From Antedon mediterranea (taxonomy: Eukaryota; Animalia; Echinodermata), in assembly GCF_964355755.1 (NCBI RefSeq), contig NC_092673.1, positions 15,038,948 to 15,102,947 of the forward strand: DNA of 64,000 nt, in the 5' to 3' direction. A program made the position numbers and the translations under genes. Shown here in pieces: positions 38,901 through 53,900 of this stretch. Below the pieces are notes generated by a model. That model was not told the origin of the DNA, searched no databases, and was given only the letters and a program-made list of their open reading frames with translations. The number at the start of each line of letters is the position of its first letter. Positions within the stretch are counted from its first letter, which is position 1.

Positions 38901-41900
38901 AGCCGGGCCCGTGTGAAAATTGAAAAAGTCACGGGTTTTGATGCTTCAACCTAGCCGGCCTAGGACATGTTTTCGCTGATATCTTAATCTAGTTTTTACA
39001 CTAAAGACAAACATTAAATTGTTTTAATATTAAAATTTAGTTTTACTTATTTTGAAATATCAGACTTTAAAAGAGTACAAAAAACATTGTCGCGTTGTAA
39101 AAAATCAAGAATTGTCAGCGCGTACATATTTAAAAAATTTTCTATTTGATTGGTCAGTCAGTTTTACCGATCGTAACGTTGAAGTTGAACTCTGCTCAAC
39201 TTGAAAAAAAAATTGTAAGATTTTAACGATTTTTAATGTTGATTTGTACCCCCTTTTCCTGTAAAATCGTTGATAAAATCGTATGTAAATGGGTGCATAA
39301 TATTTATATATTTTTTACAAAAGAGGGGGGGGGGGGTCGTAATTTCCCCCCCCTGTTTATTGGTTCTATTTATTATTGGTTTTTTTTTTTATAGGCAATT
39401 TGATGTTTTTTATTTTTATTACCTGTTTTTTTAACTAGAAATTTGGCAAAGATTTCAGGGAAGGATATTTATATATTTTTGTCAATTTAGAATTTTAAAA
39501 TCATCAATGCGCAGAGGTCCACTCTTGGGCCCTTTTTTTTTTATCCCAATCTTTTTAACTGTATACCCATTCCTCTGAGTATAATTTACCTTTACAATGA
39601 TAAATATACGTGTAATGACAAACCAGTTGCTGATAAATTCAATCCTTATTCGTACTTTTAGTCATTATCTTGATCGGCTGCTCAGAACATTTTAGGTTGA
39701 TTAAAGCGACTGATGCAGGGACTGATGATTACAATTATGTTGAATTGGAAACTTCTACTTTGACGTCCTTGCAGTTATTAGCACTTCATTATAATCCAGC
39801 CTTTATTGTCATGATGTTACACTATTGATTTTATGATATAACCATGACAACTAGACAACAGAAGGTTTCCACAAACTGCATCTGGTGAAAATATAAAAAT
39901 CAAAGTTTATGCATTGACGACAGAATTTTACTGTATATCTTGAAAGCAATCACAACAATTGTTATACTGTAATTGGGAATGGCCTGTATTTTACCAGATT
40001 CTTCGTACTGTATAGATTTCTGCACCACATCATAGGAATCTTCTGTAATACAGTATCATGTGTTTCATTGTTGGTCTTACCATGGTCTTGGTAAAAAGTC
40101 TGATCCAAACATGCATGTACACTCTGTCTTTCACCATTCACTTTAATTAGTTTTGTTTTTAATGTCATGGTTTAATTTAGTTTAAAAGTAAAATGGAAAG
40201 AGAATATCCAAGACCGAACAATGGTCATATTTTGCAATAGGTATTAAAAAGTTATAAATTCACCATTTTATCAGTGTGAACAAGGCTTTAGACAGCCACA
40301 AAGTGCAATTGAGACTTATGTGTCTATTTCATTTTTTTTTGTAGAAATAATCAGTGATGCCATTGGAGGTGAATTTGTAACAACTGATTATGAACCTGTA
40401 GACTATTACAATGAGGTAGGTAGGATAAATAATGCATAGGTTCAACTGTAGTTACCATAGTTACATATGCACAAGTGAGCCTGGCTCTTCCACTCAAAAG
40501 AGCAATAAATAAAGAGCAGTGACATGTGTTTTCATAGGGCCTGTTTTTGCTGCATAAAAAATAACCAGTTAAAATCGGTGTGAATAAATTAAAATCGGTG
40601 GGAATAAATTAACTCCATTTTCTTGGCAGCAGAAACGGGACAAATTTGTGGTAACCGGTTAAAAGGCAGTGCAAAATCACCGTTTAAAAACACCAATTTA
40701 AATCGGTGTTACTGTTAGAACGCCGTTTAACCGTTATCTCTGAGCAATTCTTAGCTGCAACACGAAATAACGGTTATTTGATTGACAGTTGTGACCCCGG
40801 GTCAGATACCGTCGCTTACGATGTGTGTTTTCCTCGTGGTTTTGACAGTCGAACGAAGAAGTGAACATGTATGTGGATAAATGAAATCACAAGATATGTT
40901 ATTCAGTTGTGGGGGGGAAGAGAAAGTACGGGGAAGGATGGCAGGCAATAGAAAAGATTCACAGATAAATAAATAAGAGCATATTTGCGAAAGTAAAAAA
41001 GGAATTCGGGGTGGAGTTCCGGGGACTTACCACCCAAGCTAAACAATTTTAGGCGTTAATACACGCTCGTGAAGGGTATGGTCCTATCCTATAAACACCA
41101 AAACGGAAACAAAAGGGACTCAGAATGTTGCAAATACCTACTAAACGAGAATAGATAATGGTTAAATAATTACGAAAACCCAAATTTTTTAGCAAAAATC
41201 ATCCGAATTTATGTTATAAACGATGAATTTAGCAACAAAAACTGAATCCAAACGAGCGTATTTATGGCACGCCCTTAGTGCCTTTAATAGGAGAACAATG
41301 AACAATCTTACTTTGATCGTTTTACATAACATAATTTTTTAGAAAAACATCACATCCACCGAAAACTAAGGTAATCAGAGCCTTTGATAATATATTAAAT
41401 ATGATTTTATTAAGCATAGAAATGTCTTAGAAATGTATGTTAGTACATAAATATACGAAATAATGTTCAATACTCATTATTTTATTAAAGGCACTATGTG
41501 CGTGCGATATTCTATGACTTGGATACTCTCGTTTGATTTAAGTTTTTGTGGCTTTTAACATAAATTCGGACGATTTTTGCTATAAAAGTTGGGTTTACAT
41601 AATTAATTAACAATTATCTACTCTCGTTTGGTAAGTATTGCAACATCAGCCCACGAAATTCAGAAAAAAGGTCGGCAAAAAATTGCCGACCTTAAATTCG
41701 CCAAGGTCAACAGTCTCGGCAGTTCTAAAAATAGAAATTTCACCAAGGCCTAACCTCTTGCTAACGTAGGCGTAGCTAGGCCTAGCCTCCCTAGCTATAA
41801 GTTATGCAAAAAGCGCTCGCGAAAGACAACAGTCGTTTACGTGGGAAGGGCCGTATGTCATCGCCTTTGTTGAGGAATTAGGCTAGATAAAAATTATCCT

Positions 41901-44900
41901 AGGCAATCGGGCGCTGCACGACCCTCCTCATGTTATTGAAGGCGCCATGAGAATTAATTTTATTAGCGATGGTAAGTAGGCTTTACAAAAAACAAAACTT
42001 GTAGACCTGGAGAAAACATTTTATTATTTTAACATGTTTGAGATGTTCGGCGATATACACACGTGTGTACTCACGACGTCGATGTAAACAAACAACTTAC
42101 TACTTCCGTCTGAGTGTATTGCATTTTGGGTAATGATGACGTTTTGCTCGACGACCACCCATAGATTTAACAGGTTATTTCGGAGCACAAATTGAGCAGA
42201 AACGCAGTCTTGTTATTGTTATCTATTTTAAAATAACCGGTTAAATTGCGTTATGCAGCAGAAACAGACCCATAGGTCAAATCACTGGTTGCATCCAGAC
42301 AGTACATTATCTCAACATACTTTCATTATACCCACTAAACACATACTGTAACCTATTACAGCGATTTATAGTACATAGTACAAAAAGTTGTTGTAAACGG
42401 ATATTGGAGCATAAATAAATTATGTATTGTATAATGGTCAAGTCTTAAGCTTGTTGCATTTTTTACCTCACATTCACTTTTTTCATTATCTTTATAATAA
42501 CTGTTGCAATGTTTGAATAAAGTAAAATAAATAAAGAAAGAAAAAGTCTGAGAAGACCTACCCGGTTTTTGTGTTTCCCTATGTTTTTTTAAAAACTGTA
42601 TCTCATACTACAATTTTTTTTGATTGAAATTTATAGTTTGAAACAAACCAAAGAATGTTAATAATTTTTAAATAAATTCTAATTTTTAAAAAACTAGTGA
42701 CCATTATTTGCAATTCACAATAATAGATTCTGTTGAACATTGTCCGTATTTAACATTTTAATTTTGTTATATTAATTACCTTATATGCTCTGGTAAAATC
42801 CTACCCACCTAGAACACGAAATTGGGGCGACTTTGGTGGGTGGGACTTTACCTGGGGAAACCTTGGTTCAGGGAAAAGATTGGTAAGCATTTCTTGTAAA
42901 ACCTGAACTAGAGAGATGCTTACGTCAAGACCATCAGTCAATACTGGCACTATACCCATGGGATATGCTTGTTTGTGAAGTCATACATACAGTAGGGGGT
43001 AGGCTTAAACCTGTGGGAGTGGGATTATACTCGAGGATATACGGTATTTATTTTCAAATACTATTTTGTTTGACAGTTCAAAGACAACATTCTTGGCTTT
43101 ACGGTGTTGTTTGCCATTGGAATCATCTTCATCGTTGTGTTTCCGATTGTTGCACTTTGTTTTTGCTGTTGTCGATGTTGCAACAAATGTGGAGGTACAA
43201 TGGAACAGAAATCTTCCTCAACTTGCATGTGCTGTTATTTGATTATTGGTTTAATAGTTTCATGTGCTTTCATTTTGTAAGTTAAAATCCATTATTATTT
43301 TAATTAATCAAATTTTAAATTCAATTTTATTTTTAAATCATCATCATAAATGTGTTTTTTTAATATTATAAATATGATTGATACAAAAAATATATGAAAT
43401 CTTTTAAATATCTGATATATTATAGCTTTCATTTTGTAAGTTAAAACCCATTATTATTTTAATTTGATTCTTAATCTTTAATTTAATCTTGAGTTAATCA
43501 GATTTTAAATTCAATTTAAATTCAATCATAAATTCTTTTGATTTTGAAATTATAAATGTGATTAATACAAAACTGTTAAATATCTGATATAGCTTTCATT
43601 TTGTTAAAATTCATTATTATTTTAATTTGATAAAGTCGGGATAAAAGAAGCCTTTTTTGTTTTGTTTGACGATGAAATATATCTCTCTTTCTTTTATGTG
43701 TACTTTTAGGGGTGGTGTTGGTACCGCCTACTCTCTGAACAATTACACAGCTGATTCAGTTGAAACATTTGCAGACGATGTTAACAGTAACATTGATAAC
43801 ATTGTGAGATTTGTTGAGAACACAAACGATGTAAGTAAAATAGTTAACAACATTGATTATATAGTGGCATTAATTTCAAAATGAATGATCCTCATCAACA
43901 TATAGAATTCATTGTAATTGTGACTTGTGGCCTGTTTATACTAGGATAAGGAACTTGAATGATAAATAGATAACCATCATACATTTTTTTCTACAGAAAA
44001 CAAAAGAAATTAGAAAGGTTTTCATTCTATAACCTACTGTAAAGGATAACCATTCATACTATCTTTAATGGAAAATAATATTTTAAAATTCCAATCAATT
44101 GACATTGTGATCAGTTAAAAAAAATCAATCTTTACGATGCGACAATTTTATTGTTTTTATTGATTTCGAAATAAATGGTTACAATAAATAAATAAAAATT
44201 TTCTAATTTCCTTTCTGTTTTATATGTATAGTGTGAGACATCAGTAAATAGCACTCTATAAAAGTTTATTATTATTAATATTATTATTATTATTATATTT
44301 TTATTGTGTTTACCGCGTTATATAGTATAAACGGCGCTTTATATCGTCTGTTCAAATATGATATATAATATGAATCCTAAAGCTCTGTCTACACTATCAA
44401 ACTTTATGTGACAAAAAAGTGTGATGTACCCAAATATGGTAGAGATATGCTTAAATATGGTAGTGATATGACATCATCATGTCCATATATGGGCATTTTT
44501 TTCTCACATAACATTCGATAGTGTAGACAAGGCAATAATAGTGTGCATTTTGATTATTGATTATGAACTTTATATATTCTGTAAATTGAGTAATGTTGGT
44601 GTTTGTTACAATTACCTGTAAATTCTTTCAGATATTGATAAAAGGAAATTTGATGCTTTTCATATTTTAATATTCAATACAAAATCATAATGAATAGTTT
44701 GTTATTTTCATACAGTAGTTAAGGTGTGTTATGTTAAAATTTAAGTAGTTGAAATTGAATACTAAAATGATATGTTTAAGAGCCTGTGAATAATTTGTTT
44801 ATATTAGGAGCTTTCATTTCTGGTTGGAGAACAATTAAACTATGCATTGGATCAAGTAAAAATAGACCTGAATGGTGAGTTTTTCAAATCATTTTATTCT

Positions 44901-47900
44901 TCAATTTTGAGTCCTGTAAACAATCTAAATGTTGTTACTTTAGCCTTTTTTTATTGAAATTGAAATTCTAAATGGTTTCAAAGATTGTATTTTGTTTCTA
45001 TGCCGCACTTAAATTAGAAAATGTTCAAAAGCAGTACTTAACTCATTATTATTTTATAATGGTTTATTTTTGCGTTTCTATGGTTACTTATTGCACACTG
45101 GCTATTTTTAGTCTGTATAGTTAAGGTGTCTTTTGTGTTTTACTAAATTTCTCCATAGTAATAAAGTGTCAAACAATATTTTTATAACTCATTTTCATAA
45201 CTGTTTATGACGACTTCTAACTACAGTATTAATTTTAAAATTACTGAAAATATGACAATGCTGTGCAAAATGTATTGATTTTAGGAAAGTTATATGTACA
45301 TTATTTCTAGTCGTTCTCGGTAAACAGAAAAATGGCAACTTTATCGTACTCAACAAGTTAAGACGACGGAATTTCATACTAAACTCCTCCCACTTTGTCA
45401 AAGCTCATGCATAAATTATTCATGAGCACCGTCTTGTGGCCTCCCGTCCTGTTTCATAAAGTCCCTAATACTACAGTAGTATACAGGGTAGTTTACCAAA
45501 TCAGTATTTTAAAAACTTGTGATGGTTACTTAATGCAAAAATTAACACCAATCTGTTTATCTGCTTATTATTATTATTATTATCAATGTTTACATTATAC
45601 TATGTTTACACGGCCTGTTTCTGCTGCATAAAAAATAACCGGTTAAAATCGGTGTGAATAAATTGAAATCGGTGTGAATAAATTAACTCCATTTTCTTGG
45701 CAGCAGAAACAGGACAAATTTGTGGTAACCGGTTAAAAGGCAGCGCAAAATCACCGGTTAAAAACACCAATTTAAATCGGTGTTAGAACGCCATTTAACC
45801 GGTTATCGCTGAGCAATTCTTAGCTGCAACACGAAATAACGGTTATTTGATTGACAGTTGTGACCCCGGGTCAGATACCGTCGCGTACGATGTGTGTTTT
45901 CCTCGTGGTTTTGACAGTCGAACGAAGAAGTGAACATATTTGTGGATGAATGAAATCACAAGATATGTTATTCAGTTGTGTGTGTGTGTGTGGTGGGGGG
46001 GGGGGGTGGTTGAAGAGAAGGTACGGGGATGGATGGCAAACAATAAATAAATAAATAAATAAGAGCATTTTTGCGAAAGTAAAAAAGGAATTCGGGGTGG
46101 AGTTCTGGGGACTTACCACCCAAGCTAAACAATTTGAGGCGTTAATATACGCTCGCGAGTCCTATAAACACCAAAACGGAAACAAAAGGGGCTCAGAATG
46201 TTGCAAATACCTACCAAACGAGAATAGATAATGGTTAAATAATTATGAAAACCCAAATTTTATAGCAAAAATCATCCGAATTTATGTTATAAACGATGAA
46301 GTTAGCAATGAAAACTGAATCCAAACAAGCGTATTTATGGCACGCCCTTAGTGCCTTTAATAGGAGAACAATGAACAATCTTACTTTGATCGTTTTACAT
46401 AATATAATTTTTTTAGAAAAACATCACATTGACCGAAAACAAAGGTAATCAGAGCCTTTGATAATATATTAAATATGATTTTATTAAGCATAGAAATGTC
46501 TTATTATTTATGTTAGTACATAATATACGAAATAATGTTCAATACTCATTATTTTATTAAAGGCACTACAGTATGTGCGTGCGATATTCTATGACTTGGA
46601 TACTCTTGTTTGATTTAAGTTTTTGTGGCTAAACTCATCGTTTTTAACATAAATTCGGACGATTTTTGCTATAAAAGTTGGGTTTTCATAATTAATTAAC
46701 AATTATCTACTCTCGTTTGGTAAGTATTGCAACATTCTGAGTCTCGTTTTTGTTTCCGTTTGGTGTTTTGTAGGACCGCGCTCGCGAAAGACAACAGTCG
46801 TTCGCGTGGGAAGGCCTTTGTTGAGGAATTAGGCTAGATAAAAATTATCCTAGGCGATCGGGCAGTGCACGACCCTCCCCATGTTATTGAAGGCTCCATG
46901 AGAATTAATTTCATTAGCGATGGTAAGTAGGCTTGACAAAAAACCAAAATACAAATTTTTTATACCCTTGGCCTATTTAAACTATCATTGGCTTGCTTGA
47001 ATAAAATCAATTGTAAAATGTATGAGAGGTCATTAACAACAGGAACTAAAAATATGTTGATTTCAGTTGCTAAGCAACATAAAGCCTTTTGTGAACAGGA
47101 TCAGGCCAATTGATTATAAACAATTGTTTCACACACTGTGTGGCTTCCTGCTTGTGGCTTGTGATAATAGATAGTTGTTAGATATTTACCAGTGTATGAC
47201 ATTAATCAGCTAATATACATTTTGTATAGTCACTCGGTGAAATTGAAATATCATGTATTTTGATCAACAATATTCTGTGGCATTCACAAAATGCGGTATG
47301 GTCCAGAAACAAACAGAAAATGTTGAAAAAAAATAAGAAAACCTAACAAAAAAATATTTACAAGTTAGAATGTAACCTGAATGAATTTAAATATTTTAAT
47401 GAAAGTATTGTGATAATCAATAAAATGAATTTAAAAACTAAACTATTAAATGAACTTTATTATAATAAAAGTAAACTCATTAAAATATATTTTCATTTTA
47501 GGCAAATTGCCAAGGATAACCACAAGTGAATTCATTCACTATCCTTCTCAAAGGTGGCAATCCCATTCACAAGACAAACATACACAAGATTTAAACAAAG
47601 ACTTAATAATAAGTCTTTGGAGTGGAGTTGTTAATTGTCATGAGAAAAAAACCCTGACATATGACAGGACTTCAACCCAGGACCCTTAGATTGGTAGCCA
47701 AGCATCATAACCACCAAGCTACAGCTCCACTCTATTCAAGTAATAAAAAAGTACCTATTAATGCACTTTAACATTAAAACAATAAAAATAGACAAAGACT
47801 CAATTAAGTACATTATATTCAAATAGTAAAGTTCCCATACTTTATTATACAGAAAAGTAAAAACAGTTATTCAAATATAAAGTTTTGTTGCTTAATAATA

Positions 47901-50900
47901 AAATGAAAGAGGTTATTTTATACCCTATTACATTTTTGAAAAAAAAAACCATTCAAGGGCTTACATAATGATATACGCATTAAAATAGAAGATGGAAATT
48001 TTATTTGAGATCCACCTGTTCATATTTGTAGGCGGAAAATATGATTGGCTGATTACGAGGATCGAATAGTTGTTGTTACATTCAAAAAACAAGAAAATCA
48101 ATATGAATTAGTTGGTAGAATGCAGAATGACATTCTGAATTTGCAATAATTGCATCTTACATTAATTACACAACAAGAAGTCATTTACTACTCTCACTAT
48201 ATTGAGAACAAAAATCTATATATAGGCTAAAATAAATGCTTAAAAATGATAACATTTTGCTTTTTATTTAATAGTGTTTTATGCCAGAATAATCCTTTTT
48301 TATTGATTAAAATTATAATTATTGACAAAAGAAACAAGGTTAGTGTATGTAATGGATAATGAATTTATTTAAATTGTACTTTTATACGATATTTGCATTA
48401 CCATTACACTTACAGCTCATCTGTGTAAATTGGCCTTTACTATTCAATATATATATTTCGAACAAATTTTAATGATTTTGTGTCGTAGATATTGGTAACT
48501 TGGTCGGTGTTCCTGTACGTGATGAATTGGATAATGAAGTTGGGCCTGCTATTACATCCGTCAAAGATCTTGCTACAAGTAGGTTCATTGTTTTATATAT
48601 TGTCGAAAAATTTTGCATCACGAATCATTAAATCAGTTTTGCCCAAATGTGAACAATAAACTGAATATTCAGCACGTTTGAGAAAACAAGGGATTTGAAC
48701 TTCCAGTTTGCTATGTAGGATATCTTTACTTCTCATTTTATTTATAAATGACATGCTAATATGTTTTAATACACTGTCGGTTTTGGTTGGTTTATTAACT
48801 GTATAGTAAATCAATAACAATGACATTGAATTGTATTGAATAAAATCAGAGGAAATCATCAATTCTTCATTGCAGTTTTCTCTCTAGTGATGGTCCTATG
48901 TATATTTTCATATACTTTAAGATTACCTCATTCTGGTTTTGGGGTTTATACACTGTACATATGTATTGGGTAGCCGAGTGGTTAGGACACTTGACTGTCG
49001 CACAGAGAGACCCAGGTTCAGTTCCCGACAACTCCCAGTCCACTCAGCCTGGTGGAAAAAACTACTGTATTAAGGAGGATAAAGCGGCGTGGAAGGGAAC
49101 TGGCCACCCTACCACATAATGCTGAGGCTTAAGTACAGTGAGCTTCTAACAGCTCATACTCCTACATTCAGAAAAAACACAGGACACCCCTTTACCTACC
49201 TTTACCTTATGTATTAATCTCGAGTACAGTATAATCCAACCTTCTAATTTTAAAGCTAAAATCGGGCACAATACTATGATAAATTTCATTGTTAATGCAA
49301 TCCAAGTATAATAATTATTCCCATCCCCTTATTGTATCCATAAGTACCCAAGCTCCTATTCTTTAGGCAAATGGCTAAGGATGCATCATAACCAATCCAA
49401 GAGGATTAATTAGTTTTTATATTATTACTTGTCCATGTTTTCTAGGTTTACTATACCATAGCAAAATATGTTTATTTCTGAGTTGTATAATAAATTTATT
49501 ATTATGCATTTACTGGAATTCTTAATTAAAAAAAATGTATCCATGGTTTTTGATATTAGGCAGAAACGATATACTTTTATAAGTCGCTATGTTAGTTTTT
49601 GTCTTGACTATTCCCTAAGTCTAGGCCTAAGTTAAAGGCTTCCTTCAATCGCGCATACTCACAAATTACTATTATTTCTTAGGTCTCCTTTATCTATCTT
49701 AACAAAAAACCCTGGTATATCAATACTTGTTCTATCGTTAAACCAACACTTAATAATATTAATATTCACCATTGTTGGAAGCAAATGAAAAAATGTGTTT
49801 TTTAATTTCAATTATTTTCTAAGTGTCGTTTACTATAGTGTACCTTTTATGACGCACTAGAAACCTGAATATATTGATGTGAACAATAACTAAGTGTCAC
49901 TTGATGACCACAGAGGAAACAATACAATACCTTTCATAACCACCAGTATTTGTAGTGATCACGTTTGTGGTTTTTAGGTAGTAGTATATAGATACTCAGA
50001 AAACCCATTTCCTGGTTCATAGAAATCAAGGAAATGTTTACTTTTACATAATAAACTAGAATTTTGCTTAGTATAGTACTTGCTTTGTTAGGTTATCATC
50101 CTGAATGTTTGGTGTTAATATAGTACTTATTACAGAACAAAAAAATAATAATAACTTTATTGAACATACGCCTTTAAATCGGCGGCACACGTTCTTCTGG
50201 ACGGTGCGTTCTTACATACATTACTTACATTATGTTAGCCTGAACGCTAAATAAAAGTATAAAGAGAAAATAAAAGAAAAAAAAACATTTAAATGAAAGG
50301 AAACGGATTGTACAAAAAGAAAGTAAAGAGCAAAAAAGTACAATACTTAACTTTGATGGAGTGTTATTATTTATTATTAGTATTATTATCAATATTATTA
50401 ATATGTTATTTTTTAAAGAAAATATTATTAGACCTAATTATTAAAGATGTCATTTAATTTAATTATTATATTGTTTATTATTATTTTATTATTTATGTCT
50501 ATTGATTTTCAGGAAAATTTATATTGGTCACGTCACAAAGCTTATTGTATTAAAATCTGACTTGCCTGTCTTCCATATGAGATATTGAATAGCACGCCCT
50601 CTGTATTCTTTTATACGATGGACCGAAATATTAAATAATGAGCCCTCTCTCGCGGAATGTAGTTTTCCCTAATATATTTTGCCAAGTACTTCATTTTCTG
50701 AGTGCTGTCATTCCTTTATCAAGTAACTGCCTGATATTTGATGCCACATTTTCTTTTAAGCTAATTTAGTCACAGGTTACTGTAAACTTTAAAAGTTGTG
50801 GTTGCACTAAAATAAAAAGTGGTGGTTGAACTGTGCAACTTAAATTCTATTCGTATGAAAGATTTAAACTTTGCCCAGTTGAATTTAGAAATCTGTGCTG

Positions 50901-53900
50901 TTTTTGAAAATTCATTAACATTAAACAATCAATGAACGAGCTATTGCTTAACGGTATTCTTCTGACAAAATTAACTAACTTAATTCACACATACATCACA
51001 AATGTAACAATAAATTAACACCCATTGAATTCGAAAAGATAATAGATAAAATGGAAATATGTGAGACAACAAAAAAGCTGCCCAGAGTGAGATTCCAACC
51101 CGGAACCTTCTTCTTGATATGCAGATGTCCTAACCATTAGCACATTCAGACATTCGTAATAACAATTATAAACGTCATTACAATTTGTTACAACATATAT
51201 AAATATTTTACATGTGTATCTATGACTTAAATTTATTATCTTTCAGGTATTGATGATACTTACGATAAACTTGTAGTGGTCAATGACACCCAAAATGAAT
51301 TGGCTGACCTCTACAGATTATTCAAAGCGAAAATTGACCAAGTTAGAGCTAGCATTGGTAATGACTGTTCATCTTGTTCATGCTGTAGTATGTCCGGCTT
51401 TCCAGATTATGCCAATGACTATGTATCAAATGTTGATTACCAAGATTTAGGTGTTGACAATGTAAGTTTATGTAGATAAGTTTTTTATTATTTTATTTAA
51501 ATTGCAGATGTTGACAATTACAGGATGCCTTATATCAAATAAATTGAGCATATTAGATATCAAAATAACTCACAAATTATAAAATAGAAATGTAAATTCA
51601 AATAAAATAAAAAAATTTGGATTTTAGATTAAATTATTAAGTAAAAAATGACTATATAGTTTTATCTTTGGAAGAAGTAGTATTACTATAGAACTAAAGA
51701 GTACATTTTTCCCTCAACTGATGTAATTGTACAGAATGAGAGCATACAATGAGAACACTTATGTTAGTTATTTTTTCTTTAATTTATTTATTTATTTTTC
51801 TTATCTATTTATTTATTTATTAAGGCTCACATACCTCAAGACGTTTGTCTTCATCTTTCCGGGCATCTGACTTCCTTCTCTGACCTATTATCATTATATT
51901 TTTGGCATTGTATTTTTCCTTAGCTTTATTGTCAGAGTTTGTAAATAAATATTATGAAATGAAAAATAGGAAATGAAACACTTTTCTTTAAAAAAGATTC
52001 AAACCTCCACTAGCATTCATAGCTATTCACAAGGCTCTGTCTACACTATCAAACTAGTTTGACAAAAATGTGTGATGTGCCCATGGTTGGTAGTGATATG
52101 ACATCATTATGTCCATATATGGGCACATCACATTTTTTTTGTCACAAAAACTTCGATAGTGTAGCTATTTATATAACGTTGAGTACAATTACATAGCAAA
52201 CCATCTGATTATCATTTGTGTATGTTGATAAGTTTATGTTTAAGGTGCCAAACCGTCATATTTAATAGTTTCTAACTAGTATTTATTATGAAATATTAAA
52301 ATTTACAATTTACTTGTTTCCAATTGTGTTGAAAGAAAAAAGGTTTAATTTATGTGCAATGTGTGTGACAAAACTGATAACTGATAATAATTTATTCATA
52401 AACAAATACAAATAAGCTGAATAAACAAAAGAAAACATAAAAGATTAGAATATTCATTCATTCATTCATTAGTGGAAATCTTCATTTCCTTTTATTGTCA
52501 TTTGCATATTAAAACAAAATATGTACATAGAAATTGGGTTTAAATATGAATTACCAATCTTGAAAACAATTAGGTTGGGTTTTATCAGAAAACCTAGCAA
52601 CATGATTATTTTGAAATTATATGAACTATAGCTTTAGTAATTGATGATGACTATGATATATTCAATATGCAAGTTCTAATTTTGTTTAGGGTCTCTTTCC
52701 GCAATTTGCTGTTGACCAATCTACAAATGAATTACAAGGACTGAAAGATGATGATCTGGCTTCTGTAGCTGCGGAAGTATGTTTTTTATTTCCAGAACTT
52801 CATCATAAACTAATTTTTTTATTTAAGAAAATTAATGCTAAATATAATAATATTCACTGATTATGAAAAAAGTACTATTTCATCATGCAACAATATGTAC
52901 TATTGCACGCAATGTGACTCACAATTGTCCAATCAAATGACAGAAATTTATTTTTTAGTTGTGTTATAAAATATAATAACTATTCTTTATTTTTGTAATT
53001 ATAAAGGGTGAACAGACGTTTATAGACATTCCAGAAACCCTGACAAATTCAACCCAGTCTGATATTGATTGTAAGTCTTTATTTGGTAGAGTTGTTTTCA
53101 TTAACTGGCTCCTAATAGCTTCTGAGAGACATTAACATATTCTCATTGTTATTTAACACATTATTCAAACTTGGTTGTTAAGTCCAGTGTTCATGAGATC
53201 CTACTTAGGAATTGGATTATAAAATAACATAACATCAAGGGAAAACAACATAAAAGTTATCCATACTAAGGTGCTTGATCATATATGAGAATAGCATATT
53301 TTTATAGCAAATTTAAAAGTGTCTATAAAAGCACTTTTTGTTTTTATTTAATTCCTACATTGTTTTGTTTGTTGTTTATTGATTTTCCACAAATAATAAT
53401 ATAATATATATCTTTATAGTTTTAATGAAGTATAAATGTGGATGGTTGTCAAAATAACTTTAAGCAGAGACCACCATTTACAAAATAGAGACATAATTAT
53501 TATGTAATCATTTCCAATTTTCTTAATATGTGAAAAAATGATTAAAGGCCAATTTACAGAGACAAGCGGTAACAGTAAGCGGAAAATCGCGTAGCTTGTC
53601 CCACATAAAATCTGTATCTATCCCGAGCGGAAACCTCCCCTCCCTCTGCGCTTTGTATTAAACAATCATAAGAAATAACATAGATTCTATATTTTTATTA
53701 CCGTTACCTCTCATGTGTTTGTAAATTGGCATGAAGGGTCATATAAAATGTGATTAACATTATTTGTATTTTTTATTAACAGCAATTTCAGAAAATATTG
53801 AAGGTTTCCAAGATGATATTCAGGATGCAGTTGATGATCTTACGTCGGAGTTAGATTCGGTATGTTTACAAGTACATTCGATTTTAATGATTCAAGGAGC

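Noticed and set aside
38690-39350. CpG-rich patch with TE-like ends
   Set aside because: Probably decayed MITE pieces, but I could not define matching TIRs or a TSD.
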